Made by a program: the position numbers and the translations under genes. From Octopus vulgaris (taxonomy: Eukaryota): 64,000 nucleotides of DNA. A model generated the notes under the pieces. That model ran no database searches and was not told where the DNA came from. It was given only the letters and a program-made list of their open reading frames with translations. The stretch's first letter is position 1. Each line of letters opens with the position of its first letter. Where the stretch lies: NCBI GenBank assembly GCA_951406725.2, contig OX597820.1, positions 76,508,001 to 76,572,000 on the forward strand, written 5' to 3'. Below, piece by piece: positions 25,071 to 39,589 of this stretch.

Positions 25071-25489
25071 CTGAAAACAAATAACAAAACAAATATTATC
25101 ATTGAAATAAAACGAAACAAAGAGAATAACAATTGTATTCATATCATCTAACCAGTTCTTTAAATAAACTAAGAGCAGTTCTGGCGAAGAGAGACTGAGT
25201 AGTTTTAGATTTGTGGGTGAGTTATATTAGCTAGCGTCAATGTAAGAATGTTCAAGTATTGATTAGTTTTAAGCTAGGAATAATGCATATTGAATTGGCA
25301 ACCACATCAGATCGTTGTATAATTATATTGTGCATCAGTAATTGCGGGTATATACGTTCAATTCACGCTGGGTGTCGGCTCTGGATTTGATTGTTTTCTC
25401 AGAAAAAGGGAAGTGGATTGATAAATAAAATACTGGGTCGTTTCTTCTCTCTCTTTCTCTCTCTCTCTCCCCCCATTTCTCCCCCACCA

Positions 25490-25705
25490 TCTAGTAACAC
25501 TGGCATTTCTAGGGATAACCCCTCTGATCCACAAGGACCTTGAGTAATTTAATGTCAACATATTGTGTACTCTATAAAGAGACTAGCCTTCAAACCCTCG
25601 GGCTGATATATTCGTTGCTACCGATTGCTTTGGAAAAATCCCACCGGCTCAACATGTTTCTTCTATTTCTCTCGTTGTCCTTTTCAGTGCTGTCCTCCTA
25701 GGGAA
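25490..25705 (-). mobile_element. HERO-like RLE LINE 3' fragment (deleted copy)
   Basis: Shares ctggcatttctagggataacccctctgatccacaa and ttgctttggaaaaatcccacc with 27735-28000. Confidence 0.6.
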
Positions 25706-25754
25706 TTTATAACCTTTTTCTTCCTTTCTTTCTTTCTTTCTTTCTTTCTTTCCT

Positions 25755-25854
<100 letters not shown>

Positions 25855-27189
25855 ATTTACTTTCTCCGAATTAGCTAACTTGCACTGCATGATGTTGTTT
25901 CGTCATGGACTATTCACAGCGTCCTTTGTTTCCAGAAACAGTGAAGAGCTGAACGAGAAAACTATTATGTAATTGCAACCATCCAGGGGCAGAGAGATGC
26001 GCAGTATAGCACAAAAGGGAAATGAAGAATATTTAAACAACCCTTAAGGAATTAAAGAAGTTTAGTCCATCGAATCAATTTTAGTAGGTCTAGTACTTAT
26101 AGATGTCAGTGAGACAGCGCTTAGGTGTAGTAGTGGACTTTCCATCAAATAGCACTCTACTATCTTAAGAGAAACGGACTCTATTATATTAAACCTGAAA
26201 TATATACGAAATGGACATAGATTTACTGATTTTGGTCATGGTTCTCGGTGAATTGGATTTTTTGTCGTTGGGAAATAAAACAAACCAAATCGTGATATTT
26301 AGTGCTTCTCAAAGAAAAAGTGAGAAAATTTAGGGCTAAACAACATTAACGGTATAGGTTTTAGTTTAAAAAAATATATTTAGGTCCCATACACTTTTAA
26401 ATTACTGGGGTGTGCTGAATACTTGATGTCTATGTAATTGATATAAAATCAGTAAACGTATGGCGCAGGTCTTTTCTTATGATTAAGGAGAAAGAAATGG
26501 ATGTTACGCTAATTCTGGATGTTCCAAAGCAAAGTAAAATATCTTTCCCAAGACTGAAGTATATTCGCTGTTATGGATTACTTGAAGGTTGTCTATACTA
26601 GGAAGCTGTTCGCAAAACTTATTTAAATGATTTCATAACAACCCAGACATTGAACCGTAGTTCGAATGCTGCAGATTATCTGGCAGAGCTGAAAAGTTAA
26701 TTGTTAATGATTTGTCCTTTATCTTTTAGTGGTCAATAAATTATGAGTAAATAACATTCTAGTATTCAATCGATTTTTGTTACTAAAAAGATTAAAGGAA
26801 AATAAAAGTGATTTTGCACTAAATTATTTGTTTTCAGTTAAAGACGTTTTATAGAAAACAATGATTATTCAACGAACTAAGTGCCTAAAAATATTTTGGT
26901 TCACTCCTCTGCGATATGTTGGAAACACTGCCGTATTTCATTTGAGTTTTAATTCTTCCAAGTTCCATATGTTTATATTGTATGTACTGAGATCGTGTCA
27001 GTCAAGTATACGCGTCTAACAAAAATGAGTGGTCTTCTTTCAGTATGAGAAATTTGTATCTCTTTACAGTTTGCAGATTACCAAGGACATTCATTTGAAA
27101 AGGGTTGCTATTAGAATCAGGTTTTATAAGTAGAATTACTTCTGTCTACTGATATTTAATCACTCGTCAAGTATTGTTGGATATGCTCC

Positions 27190-27213
27190 GTCATCATCAT
27201 CATCATCATCATA

Positions 27214-27244
<31 letters not shown>

Positions 27245-27288
27245 TCATCATCATCACCATCTTCATCATAGTCGTCGTTGTCATCATT

Positions 27289-27323
<35 letters not shown>

Positions 27324-27503
27324 TATCATCATCAACAACAGCGACTTCACTAACTTCATCATCATCATCATCCAAATTATTTCTCTTATCATTTTTACCT
27401 CAATAACCAATCACCACCACCACCATCACCACGACCACGTACGCAGTCTACACACAGTCATAATCATCATCATCATAATCATCATCATCCTCATCATCCT
27501 CAG

Positions 27504-27559
<56 letters not shown>

Positions 27560-27562
27560 CCA
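27190..27562. repeat. (CAT)n/(GTC)n compound microsatellite
   Basis: Direct reading; source of the poly-M/poly-D ORFs. Confidence 0.95.
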
Positions 27563-27689
27563 TCTTAAAAATGGATAAATTGCATAATATGACATTTTCT
27601 ATTCTTGAAGTAAGCATAGTATGATCATAGGTTAAATGATTTTCATCAGAGGTCACCTTGTCACCTTCACGCAGGTGACGCAGTCAGGG

Positions 27690-28110
27690 TTAATGAAGCA
27701 ACAGCTTTCGTCCAGTTAGCACAACCTCTGGTAATACTGGCATTTCTAGGGATAACCCCTCTGATCCACAACGACCTTGAGGAAAACTTTGCTGCCACTC
27801 AGCCAACCTTCTTACTAAGCCCTCTGTAATGCCAACATGTTGTATGCTCTGTATAGAGACTGGCCTTCAAACCCACTGCATCGCGCCTCGATGGGCTGAC
27901 GTATTTGTTGCTATCCATTGCTTTGGAAAAATCCCACCAGCTCAACATATTTCTTCTGTTTCTCTCGTTCTCCTTTTCAGTGCTGTCCTCCCAGGGAATG
28001 GAGAGTTGGAAAAGAATCACCGGCGCGGATGCTTCTGATATCAATGAAATATCCAGTCTTAATGATTTTGAGGCAACCGTCTCTGGGAACTTCGGCTGCC
28101 TCCCCAACTC
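27690..28110 (-). mobile_element. HERO-like RLE-clade LINE 3' fragment
   Basis: SLRLDISLISEASAPVILFQLSIPWEDSTEKENERN resembles TLRPDIVL.S...K.VILLELTVPWE...EEA.ERK (restriction-like endonuclease, decayed). Confidence 0.65.
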
Positions 28111-29232
28111 GATAAAAGTTTAGGAGCTAAAATAAAATAATTTTATCGATAGATAAATAATTCAATCATTCGTCTTTGAGTTTGTGTTTGTCTCCCACCA
28201 CACACCTGGCAGCCAGCTTTGGTGAGTTTACGTCTCTGTAACATAGAGGCTCGGCAAATAATAATGATAATGATGATGATGATGATAATCAGTACGAGGT
28301 TTCAAAAATTATTACTGGTAGCTGCTCGTTCGACTAAATAGTCCTTAAGTAGGTGCCCCAGCATGGTCAAATGACTTCTAACAAGTAAGTGATAAAAGAC
28401 AAAAAATTTGAATAAAAGTCCATCTGAATTTCGGACGAGTCACGTGTATCATCAATAAAGAAGTTTGCCTTTGTCAATATCGGCAATTATTAGGCCCGTT
28501 ATGTATCTTCATTCAAATCCATTCAGGAACATTTCCTAAAAAAAAAAATTCGGATAACTGACAAGGGTTAGAATTCTGGGAAAAATGTGTACTCTTTTTA
28601 TGTCTGCTGAATAAAGAGTAAGCTAATTCTGACTACGGGAATCGAATGATGTAGCTATTATTTAATCAGTTCTCATCAAATGGTAAGAAATAACAGACGA
28701 AAGTTGATTTGTTTTTCACTAGTTTTCTAACAACTAGATTTCAAATATAAACAGTTCCCAAGATGGTAATTAAAATCTGTGGACGTCAGAATTATTTTGT
28801 AATTGTAATTATCATCGGAAATGTTTTACAATTATGATTAAAAATCTTTGAAGTAAATTGAAAATAATAAACAAGCAAAAAAAAGATCATCCATTTATGA
28901 ATTTTTTTTTTTGTATTTTCTGTTTTCTTTCTGGTAATGTTTGAGGAAGTTTAATCAACGTTATCATCATCATCATCATCCAAATTATTTCTCTTCTTCC
29001 TCACCTTCATGTTATCATTTTTACCTCAATAACCAATCACCCCCACCACCATCAGCACCTACGCAGTCCACACAGTCATAATCATCATCATCATCATCAT
29101 TACAAGTACATCTCTGAGCTGTGCGATCTTCGTGATAATTATGGTCAACGCAATGGTTATTATCATTTCATAAACTCTTTAACATCGCCAGTAACAAAAT
29201 AAACATAATTGGTAATCGTTTTACTACTGCTG

Positions 29233-29306
<74 letters not shown>

Positions 29307-29328
29307 ACTGCTGCTGCTGCTGCTGCTG

Positions 29329-29388
<60 letters not shown>

Positions 29389-29403
29389 ATAATAATAATA
29401 ATA

Positions 29404-30220
29404 GTAAAGCAGAGAGTGAAGGTTTCATATTAGCTGTTCAAGACCAAAGCTTATTAACCCGGAACTACCAAGCCAATGTGATTAAAAATGGAGCTGACCC
29501 AAAATGCCGATTCTGTAACGATGAGACTGAAACTATAGACCACCTAATCTCAGGGTGTACAGTCTTAGCACCTGTAGAATATAAAGTAAGACATGAGAGA
29601 GTCGGCCAGTATTTACACTGGACAATATGTCGGCATTATAAAATCAAAACCGATGACAAATGGTATAAACACCATCTTGAAGCTGTGACTGAGGGAGGAA
29701 ATGTGTCGATTCTATGGGACTTCCCCGTACATACCGACAAAACTATAAAAGCTAATAGACCGGATATTATTATAAAAGATCAGACGAAAAAGGTGTGTTT
29801 ATTAATTGACATGAGTATTTCTTGCGATTACAATATAGCGGCAAAAGAATTTGACAAGATCAGTAAATATCAGACTTCCTAATAGAAATTGAAAAAATGT
29901 GGCATCTCAAGGCAACTACAGTATCAGTGATTGTAGGATCTCAAGGAATGATAAAAAAAAAGGTACTGAAACCTATTTGAAAATGATACCAGGCTTACCA
30001 TCCCTACAGGAAGTGCAAAAAATCGTGTTAACTGAAACGACTCGTGTACTGAGAAGAGAACTATCGATGTGAAAACAACATCCATTCATGAATTTATTTG
30101 TTTATTAAGTTTTTTGTGAGTTTGCGTGTGTAATCTGACAATGCATACAATGAGTATCTCTGCCCTAGGTGTATGGAAAACACTCTGCGAGAAACGGAAT
30201 ATAATTTGAAAAAGGAAGAA
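29404..30220 (+). mobile_element. R4/Dong-like non-LTR retrotransposon 3' fragment (CCHC knuckle + RLE endonuclease + 3' UTR) flanked by (TAA)n
   Basis: CRFCNDETETIDHLISGC (CCHC); RH.RV; ILWDFPVHTD..I.ANRPDIII...CLLIDMS...KISKY; frameshifts after 29870. Confidence 0.9.
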
Positions 30221-30257
30221 AATAATAATAATAATAATAATGATAATAATAATAATG

Positions 30258-30330
<73 letters not shown>

Positions 30331-30346
30331 TAATAATAATAATAAT

Positions 30347-30981
30347 AGGTCTCTGTTATTAGGGTCCAGTCAACTTAATACGACTGTTAGCATTAACCGG
30401 CTGCCCAGAGGTAGTAGAATACGGATTAGAAGCATGAAGCAGTGATTTACACAAATATAAACTGATAAACTGGTTACGAGTTCAAATATATTTGAAACAT
30501 ATTGGAACCAGCAAGAAGGCCATTCACCGTATTTCATCATCAAGAAATATTCTCGATGTAGACATAGAAGTTAATGACTTCAAAATAGATGCATCCATCG
30601 ATCTCAATAAAGAGCGGTCCAAACTAATTTTGTGTGCTTTCACCATTTTATCTACAGTGAGAGTCTTTTTTAACCTTAAAATGTAGGGGATGACCTGCTT
30701 ACGGATTAGTGTATATGTCTAGCTTATTTGAATGGTAAAAAATTAATATTAATCATAATTCTTTAAAGTTTTGGCACAAGACCAGCAGTTTTGAAGGGTA
30801 GAAGGTCAATTCGATAACACCGATCCTAGTGCTAGATTGTCTATGTTTTAAATTTAGCCCAAGAGGATGAAAGGCTCAATCGATCTCGGTGGAATTTGAA
30901 CGCAGAACAAAGATCTGAAAGAAATGCTGCTAAACAGTTTCTCCGGCGTGCTAATGACCCTGCCAGCTCGCCTCCTTAATG

Positions 30982-31070
<89 letters not shown>

Positions 31071-31071
31071 G

Positions 31072-31137
<66 letters not shown>

Positions 31138-31584
31138 GCAGCAAATATTCTGCTCAATACCGCAGATTTGCTTGTCAGTTGTTTGAGCTTAACCAGTTGA
31201 GCATGTCCCTTGGTGACTGACGATATGTGCATCACTGACCACGAGCAGAAGTAGTTGGGGAGCATCATAGCCATGTGTTGAAAGGAATTCTTGGAGGTTT
31301 GAATAATTCACCTTTGGAAATATGGGTGGTTTGTTCAACATCCTTAAATAATCCTTATTCAGGGACCTTTTGAGCGTGATGTACTACTCGACCAGAAGAA
31401 AACTCTAACTGGGCCCCACTTGCAAGGTCATGCGCTGTTTATCTTGATATGAGATCACCATGTCGCGCACATATTGTTGTGATGCATGTGCCTGGTGTAC
31501 CCTTATCAGACGGGTAGTCATGATGGGTATACTGGGCTTCGTATATTTTACCCCAGTATCACTTTGATGGCATGTGCTGCTCTC

Positions 31585-31657
<73 letters not shown>

Positions 31658-32308
31658 TAATAATAATAATAATAGGTCTCTGTTATTAGGGTCCAGTCAA
31701 CTTAATACGACTGTTAGCATTAACCGGCTGCCCAGAGGTAGTAGAATACGGATTAGAAGCATGAAGCAGTGATTTACACAAATATAAACTGATAAACTGG
31801 TTACGAGTTCAAATATATTTGAAACATATTGGAACCAGCAAGAAGGCCATTCACCGTATTTCATCATCAAGAAATATTCTCGATGTAGACATAGAAGTTA
31901 ATGACTTCAAAATAGATGCATCCATCGATCTCAATAAAGAGCGGTCCAAACTAATTTTGTGTGCTTTCACCATTTTATCTACAGTGAGAGTCTTTTTTAA
32001 CCTTAAAATGTAGGGGATGACCTGCTTACGGATTAGTGTATATGTCTAGCTTATTTGAATGGTAAAAAATTAATATTAATCATAATTCTTTAAAGTTTTG
32101 GCACAAGACCAGCAGTTTTGAAGGGTAGAAGGTCAATTCGATAACACCGATCCTAGTGCTAGATTGTCTATGTTTTAAATTTAGCCCAAGAGGATGAAAG
32201 GCTCAATCGATCTCGGTGGAATTTGAACGCAGAACAAAGATCTGAAAGAAATGCTGCTAAACAGTTTCTCCGGCGTGCTAATGACCCTGCCAGCTCGCCT
32301 CCTTAATG

Positions 32309-32396
<88 letters not shown>

Positions 32397-32398
32397 TG

Positions 32399-32488
<90 letters not shown>

Positions 32489-32935
32489 GCAGCAAATATT
32501 CTGCTCAATACCGCAGATTTGCTTGTCAGTTGTTTGAGCTTAACCAGTTGAGCATGTCCCTTGGTGACTGACGATATGTGCATCACTGACCACGAGCAGA
32601 AGTAGTTGGGGAGCATCATAGCCATGTGTTGAAAGGAATTCTTGGAGGTTTGAATAATTCACCTTTGGAAATATGGGTGGTTTGTTCAACATCCTTAAAT
32701 AATCCTTATTCAGGGACCTTTTGAGCGTGATGTACTACTCGACCAGAAGAAAACTCTAACTGGGCCCCACTTGCAAGGTCATGCGCTGTTTATCTTGATA
32801 TGAGATCACCATGTCGCGCACATATTGTTGTGATGCATGTGCCTGGTGTACCCTTATCAGACGGGTAGTCATGATGGGTATACTGGGCTTCGTATATTTT
32901 ACCCCAGTGTCACTTTGATGGCATGTGCTGCTCTC

Positions 32936-32937
<2 letters not shown>
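30347..32937. repeat. Near-identical tandem duplication (30347-31586 / 31674-32937)
   Basis: Unique sequence is repeated at an offset of 1327 bp (1351 bp after the internal microsatellite). The ORF track shows duplicated peptides. Junctions lie in (AAT)n. Confidence 0.95.
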
Positions 32938-33007
<70 letters not shown>

Positions 33008-33324
33008 GACTCTCCTGTCGAAGATGATGTATAAGTGTTAGGCTCTTGTCGAACGATCTGCCCAAATGATTTGCTTATAGTAATCAAATGTTCGTGTTGC
33101 ATATTAGCTCACTCTCTCTCCATCAAATCAATGTTGTCTGAACTGGTGCATGGTGTACCACGCGTCAAGTGAGATGAAGTGTTTTGATCAAGAACACACC
33201 GCTCCACCCGGTCTAGGAATTGAAATCATGATCTAGCGATCTTGAGTGTAACACCCTAACCACTATGCCATGCGCCTTTGCATGATAGTAAAAACAGCAA
33301 CAACAATAACAATAATAGTAACTC

Positions 33325-33530
33325 TTTGTACTAAAGGCACAAGGCCTGACATTTTGGGAAAGGGACTAGTCTATTACATCGATTCCAGTGCTTTACTAGT
33401 ACTTAATTTATCGACCCCTAAAAGATAAAAAGCGAAGTTGAGATCGGCGTAATGTGAACTGAGAGCGTAAGGATGGACGAAATACAGCTAATTATTTTTA
33501 CCGACGTGCTAACGGTTCTGCCAGCTCGCC
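33325..33530 (-). mobile_element. SINE family B
   Basis: agtacttaatttatcgacccc...ttctgccagctcgcc. Confidence 0.75.
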
Positions 33531-33789
33531 ATAATAATAATAGGAATCCTTAAATCACATGTCCCAGTAACTGAACATCTATATTCCGCGACATATTTCG
33601 ATTTAGCTGCGATTCCTTAAAAAGAAAATGTAAATAAGGAAAAACAGAAGAAAAAAAAAGACGAAATAAAATGCAAACAGAGGAATCTCCTTGCTAATCA
33701 AGTCCCCGTGGGAAGATACTAATGTAAATTTTTATTTAACATATATTGAACAATATTCTAAAATTTTATTTAGAATATTTATAAGACTG

Positions 33790-34070
33790 TCGTATATATG
33801 TATATATATATATACGTATATATGTATATGTATATGTATATATATATATGTATGTGTTTGTGTGTTTGTGTGTTTGTGTTTGTCTCCCTAGCATTGCTTG
33901 ACAACCGATGCTGGTGTGTTTACGTCTCCGTCACCTAGCGGTTCGGCAAAAGAGACCGATAGAATAAGTACTGGGCTTACAAATAATAAGTCCCGGGGTC
34001 GATTTGCTCGACTAAAGGCGGTGCTCCAGCATGGCCGCAGTCAAATTACTGAAACACGTAAAAGAGTAAG
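33790..34070 (+). mobile_element. SINE family A, 3' half
   Basis: gcttgacaaccgatgctggtgtg...ggcggtgctccagcatggccgcagtcaaa. Confidence 0.85.
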
Positions 34071-35159
34071 TTTGTTTAGAATACTTAAAATATTTTAGAA
34101 TGTTTTGATCATTTCGACTTGGATAGAAGACTTTCTAAAACATAATTCTAATGAAATACATTTCTCATGCACTTCAATAATTTTATTTTTGATTAATAAT
34201 TTAATTTAATAATTAATATTTAAAATAAAAAAAAAGTTTACTCTAGTAATGTAACGCAACTAAATGATTCTTAAATAATATTATGGGCAGAAATCTTAAA
34301 TATGGTATTTAAGAATTCTAACTCTAAAATGTTTTTAAAATGGCAGTTTTGTAACAGATGCAGATTGGCATAAATTGAGGCGTTCAGTTTGTAATCTTTT
34401 GTCTCGAGAGCCATTTACTTCGTGCGTGCGTACGTACGCGTACATGTGTGTTTGTGAGTGTGTGTGAGTTTATGAACACAAGTTGGAGTATTGTTTATAT
34501 ATTACACTTAACGCTTGTTAAACATATAACCCTTTCTTTCTCTGCATCAAAGAATGACGACAACTTTCAAAACAGCAGTACAGAAATACACGCCTCTGTT
34601 TCACGTTTAGTCAACAGACAGGACTTCTCTCAGCATTCTAGATAAACGTAGTCAAAATTTACTTCAAAGCACTGTGTCATCTTCAAAAGCAATGGATAAT
34701 GTAATCCCACTTAGCACCAAGAAGATGGGATGGTTATGTTTGGAAGGTCGTTAGTTATAGATTTACTCGATCAGGAATAAGCCGGAGTTAAATCACAAGA
34801 TTACCAACAAAAATGTAATTACACATCGGAAGATAAAACGATAAAAATATTTCACGCCAAACGTGAACTCAAATTCTCTTCTGTTGTAAACACAATGCGC
34901 TCTACATGTTTTGAAAATATCGTATCAATTAGGTTAATTATATTGTAATTATATTTAGCCGGACTTCTAAATAAAGTACTGAAATACAGGCAGTATTCTA
35001 GATAACATTTTCAAATTCTCATTGATTGTTTTGACGAATGCGTGATAGTCGTAGAGCAATGCATTGAAAAATGGTAGTATAATATAATATGGTGTCTTTT
35101 AATGTGGACATGCAAAGTTAATACAGTAAATGCAATTACCAGAGGTATAAGATATTTAC

Positions 35160-35272
35160 CTGTGAACCGAATCCCAGTAAAGCCATCATGAAGAAAAAGC
35201 AGACTGACCAAATTGGTGCTATTGGCATTCGGGCTAATGCTTCTGGGTAGACCTCGAACACCAAACCTGGTC
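35160..35272 (-). CDS. SLC6 exon (EL4-TM8), 113 bp
   Basis: (G)PGLVFEVYPEALARMPIAPIWSVCFFFMMALLGFGSQ. Acceptor ttttattctag|GA, donor CAG|gtaaat; phase 1 to 0. This frame is not in the ORF track. Confidence 0.96.
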
Positions 35273-35346
35273 CTAGAATAAAAAATTAGTTCGTGGTATA
35301 TGATTTCAAAGAAAGAGATAGGAGACATATAGTGAATATATATATA

Positions 35347-35383
<37 letters not shown>

Positions 35384-35535
35384 TTCGGAGACGTACTTGT
35401 CTGGCAAGTGACTTAATCTGAAACTGGGCCGAAGCAAAGAATTAAAGCACGAAACGCATATAACAGTCATCCGAAGAAGACACACAAAATCTATTAGCTT
35501 CTCTAAATATTCATTATTGGGTGTCAAAATTATAT

Positions 35536-35591
<56 letters not shown>

Positions 35592-36921
35592 CGTGTGTGT
35601 GTGTGAGTGAACAAACAAATTTATTGAGAGTTACATGTATGGATCAAAACAGTTTGATTCAAATTCGTTGGTACACTCGAGTTTCAAGCAGGACGCTAGT
35701 TGTCAGCCATTGAAATTCAAAACGGCTGACGATTAGCCCCCGCTTGAATGTCAAGAATGCCAAACTGTTTTGATTCTTATAGATATATATATTTATATGC
35801 ATATGAATGTGTGTGTAAATATATATCTGTGATTGTGTGTGCAAGCCTCTGTATATGTAGCGGTATATGAGTGTCAGTGTAGTAGAAACAGAAATTGATA
35901 AAATGCAAAATATCACAAGCCCATAACAATCAAGTGGGTTGCAAGCCGCGCTGTAGAATGGTCGCCAGATCCTCCCATTCCTACCTAAAAATAGACAATG
36001 CTATATATATATATATAGTAAGCCAGAAATGAATGCTCTGTACTTAAGAAAAAGATAAGATTAGTGAGTTTTCTTCTATAGGCTTTAAATGTGTAGAAAC
36101 ATTAATACATTCCAAAAGCAAATGGTCTAATTCGATAGACTTCATATACATATATTTAGTTCTTGTGTTGTGTGCATAGAGTTCTCCAGCGCTATTTGTG
36201 CATAGAGCTCTCCAGCGTTGTTTGTATGTCAAGTTGCTTTGGATCTGTTTCTCTAACCATTTCCTGAAACCATATTCTAGATAACACTTGTAAAGTGAAA
36301 GAGAATCTTTTTCCCATCCACCAAAAAAACATTAGATAAATAAAATCAGGCAGAAGGTGTAGTTGTGGTGTTGGTGGTATTGTTGTTGTTGGTGGTGGTA
36401 GGGTTACGCAGTATCCTTGTATAAACCGAGTGCAAATTAGGAAGTTTGGTTGAGTATTTCACGAGGCTGGTGCAATTTTCTTAATAAAATATACGCGTTT
36501 CAAAAAATAAATCCATATGCAAGATAAAGAATACAATAGCAAACACTGTGAACAAGACGATGGAGTTATATACATACATACATACATACATACATACATA
36601 CATACATACATACATACATACATACATACATACATACATGCATGCATGCATACATATGTGTGCGTGTATATAAATATTATATATATATATAAACGAGAGA
36701 GATACACAGCTAGTTAGATAGATTGATAGATATAGATACATAGATAGAGAGAAAGAGGGGAGACAGAGAAAGACAGACACTCTCTCTGTTTATTTTCTCT
36801 TATTCCTTTCTGTTTGAAGAGCGTAGACTCGAAACGTAAAAGTCTTTTTTATTTTCCCGAGCCTCAAATTAATACACTTGCTTGTTGTTCATACAGCTGT
36901 ATCCGTATTTTCTATTAATTT

Positions 36922-36981
<60 letters not shown>

Positions 36982-37230
36982 TTTATTTATATTGATAAAC
37001 AACTGAAGTTAGAATCACTCAAGAGTTGACGATTTCGTAAATTAACATTTAACAAACTGGTTTCAAATAATGAGGATTACATTCAGTATTTTAACCCGGT
37101 GAGAGTAAATGCCTTAACTAAACCAGGTTGTTAAATGCAAATGGACGAAACTTTCATGCTTTGAGTTACTCTGTACCTTCTGATGATGCATAATATATAT
37201 ATATATATATATATACATGTATATATGCAC

Positions 37231-37402
<172 letters not shown>

Positions 37403-37444
37403 CTAGCTAGCTAGCTATATGAATGCATGTATATATAAAAGGTA

Positions 37445-37958
37445 CAGTGAATAAACTGCCGTCTAGATTACACAAAAATGAAAATAATACTGATGTTTCA
37501 TTTTAAAAGATATGTTTACCAAAACTTTTTTAAATATATCTTGAAATACCAATGAGTAAATTTAGTCGATAAAATCGCTATTGGCTTCAACCACGGCCTC
37601 CAGACGACTTTGGAATCTCCTGCAACTCTTCTGTACGGTTTCCTCGTTTAAGTTGGTGAATGCTGCCATACTCCTTGCCTTCAGTTCATATTTGCTGTAA
37701 CAAGGAGTTTTGTTGGTCTCTCGCTCAACTGTACCCCACACGTAATAATTAAGTCGTTTGCAGTCTGCGCAGCTAGGTGGCCAGATGTTAGTGGTGATGT
37801 GGTCACAGAAATTGTATGACAGCCATAACTGGGTTCTCCTGCTGGTGTGGCATGGGGCAGATTACTCTTGCCACACATTGGGTCTTCCAGTAGCCACTCT
37901 TTTGACCCAGGGCAGCACTATCTCTAGAACTGTTTCAAGTAATTTTCCCAAACACGGT
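37445..37958 (-). mobile_element. maT/DD37D-like Tc1-mariner 3' fragment
   Basis: WPPSCADCKRLNYYVWGTVERETNK...CRRFQSRLEAVVEANSDFID on the minus strand; TA|CAGTG terminus. Confidence 0.75.
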
Positions 37959-38022
37959 TAGAGACACACAAACACATACACATGCATACATACATACATG
38001 CATATATACATACATATATATG

Positions 38023-38094
<72 letters not shown>

Positions 38095-38649
38095 TTTCGG
38101 TATGTATGCATATTTATATAATATTTATATAACGTCTGTAGATGTCTGCGTACGGGTATTTTATATTTCGTAATATTACACACTACATTAGCTTATTTAT
38201 GAGATATTTTGCGTTTTTGTCGCCATTTTATCCATATTTATGTCTGTATGTTAATACACATTATTTAACATGGCATTTTTCCTAACAAGCCAAAGAACAC
38301 TCTAAACGCCAATAATTAGTTTGATTGCCAGCTGTAAGCGTCCAAATTGTTGACGAATGCAACAGTAATTGTACAGCCGGTTAATTGTACAGCCGGTTAA
38401 ATTACCCGCATGATTGTTATCTAATATCTACCAGTTTTAGATTATAGACAAGTTTTCTGACGTGAATAATATCGAAGTAAATAGTGGCAGTTTGAAACTA
38501 TTGACCAGCGATGTGTTAAAACAATAGCTCATTTATTTCCTTCGTATCGGTTACTTTCACACAATGCATGGTCCGTTTCTTTAATATGTCATATACGCCT
38601 ATATGTTTATGTGTATCAATGTGATACATTTATATGTATGCGTGTGTGT

Positions 38650-38708
<59 letters not shown>

Positions 38709-38902
38709 TGCGGAGTTATAACTTCTGTATGCATGTACCCATACACAGGTTGTACCTTTAGGCGGTTGGAAAGCATTGTAGTTATATTGTTTATATTCTG
38801 AGACCCAATCATTCAGATATGAATTCAACTTCGCTTCAGTTTTCTTGTTGAAAATATCTCTATCTCTTTCATTCATATATATATATATATATATATATAC
38901 AT

Positions 38903-39288
38903 AGGCACAAGAGTGGCTGTGTGGTAAGTAGCTTGTTTACCAACCACATAGTTACGGGTTCAGTCCCACTGCGTGGCTCCAGGGCAAGTGTCTTCTGCTA
39001 TAGACTCGGGTCGACCAAAGCCTTGTGAGTGGATATGGTAGACGGAAACTGAAAGAAGCCCGTCGTATACATATATATATGTGTGTGTTTGTGTGTTTGT
39101 GTTTGTCCCCTCAACATCGCTTGACAACTGATGCTGGTGTGTTTACGTCCCCGTATCTTGGCAGTTCGGCAAAAAAGACCGATAGAATAAGTACTAGGCT
39201 TACAAAGAATAAGTCCTGGGGTCGGTTTGCTCGACTAAAGCCAGTGCTCCAGCTGAAACAAGTAAATAGGTAAAAGTGAGTAAAAGAG

Positions 39289-39290
<2 letters not shown>
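38903..39290 (+). mobile_element. SINE family A
   Basis: A-box gtggctgtgtgg, B-box ggttcagtccc, internal microsatellite, tail. Confidence 0.9.
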
Positions 39291-39369
<79 letters not shown>

Positions 39370-39589
39370 CCCTTTAAATCCTGATATGCGTGTGGTTGCC
39401 CTGACTGAAGAAACCGAAACATGTTGAAACACTGTTTCTTCAGAATCCACTACGTTACCAAATCGTGTATGTTGCCAACTCACTTGGTCTAAAATGTTAA
39501 GGCATCCTCTGAAGACGAAATGCTACAGCGATTAAAATATTCCCAAACGCAACTGCCGAATCATTTTATGCTCGAATATATACATCAGA

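Noticed and set aside
36044-36265. Open frame after a tttcag acceptor-like site inside the 25-kb intron
   Set aside because: No SLC6 or other recognisable similarity, and the flanking SLC6 exons already join in phase.
39400-39530. CTGAAGA..GAAA hammerhead-like strings (also ~1385-1440, ~46010, ~53995, ~60480-60510)
   Set aside because: Stem I or II is missing or the core is mutated; they cannot be told from chance without family consensus.
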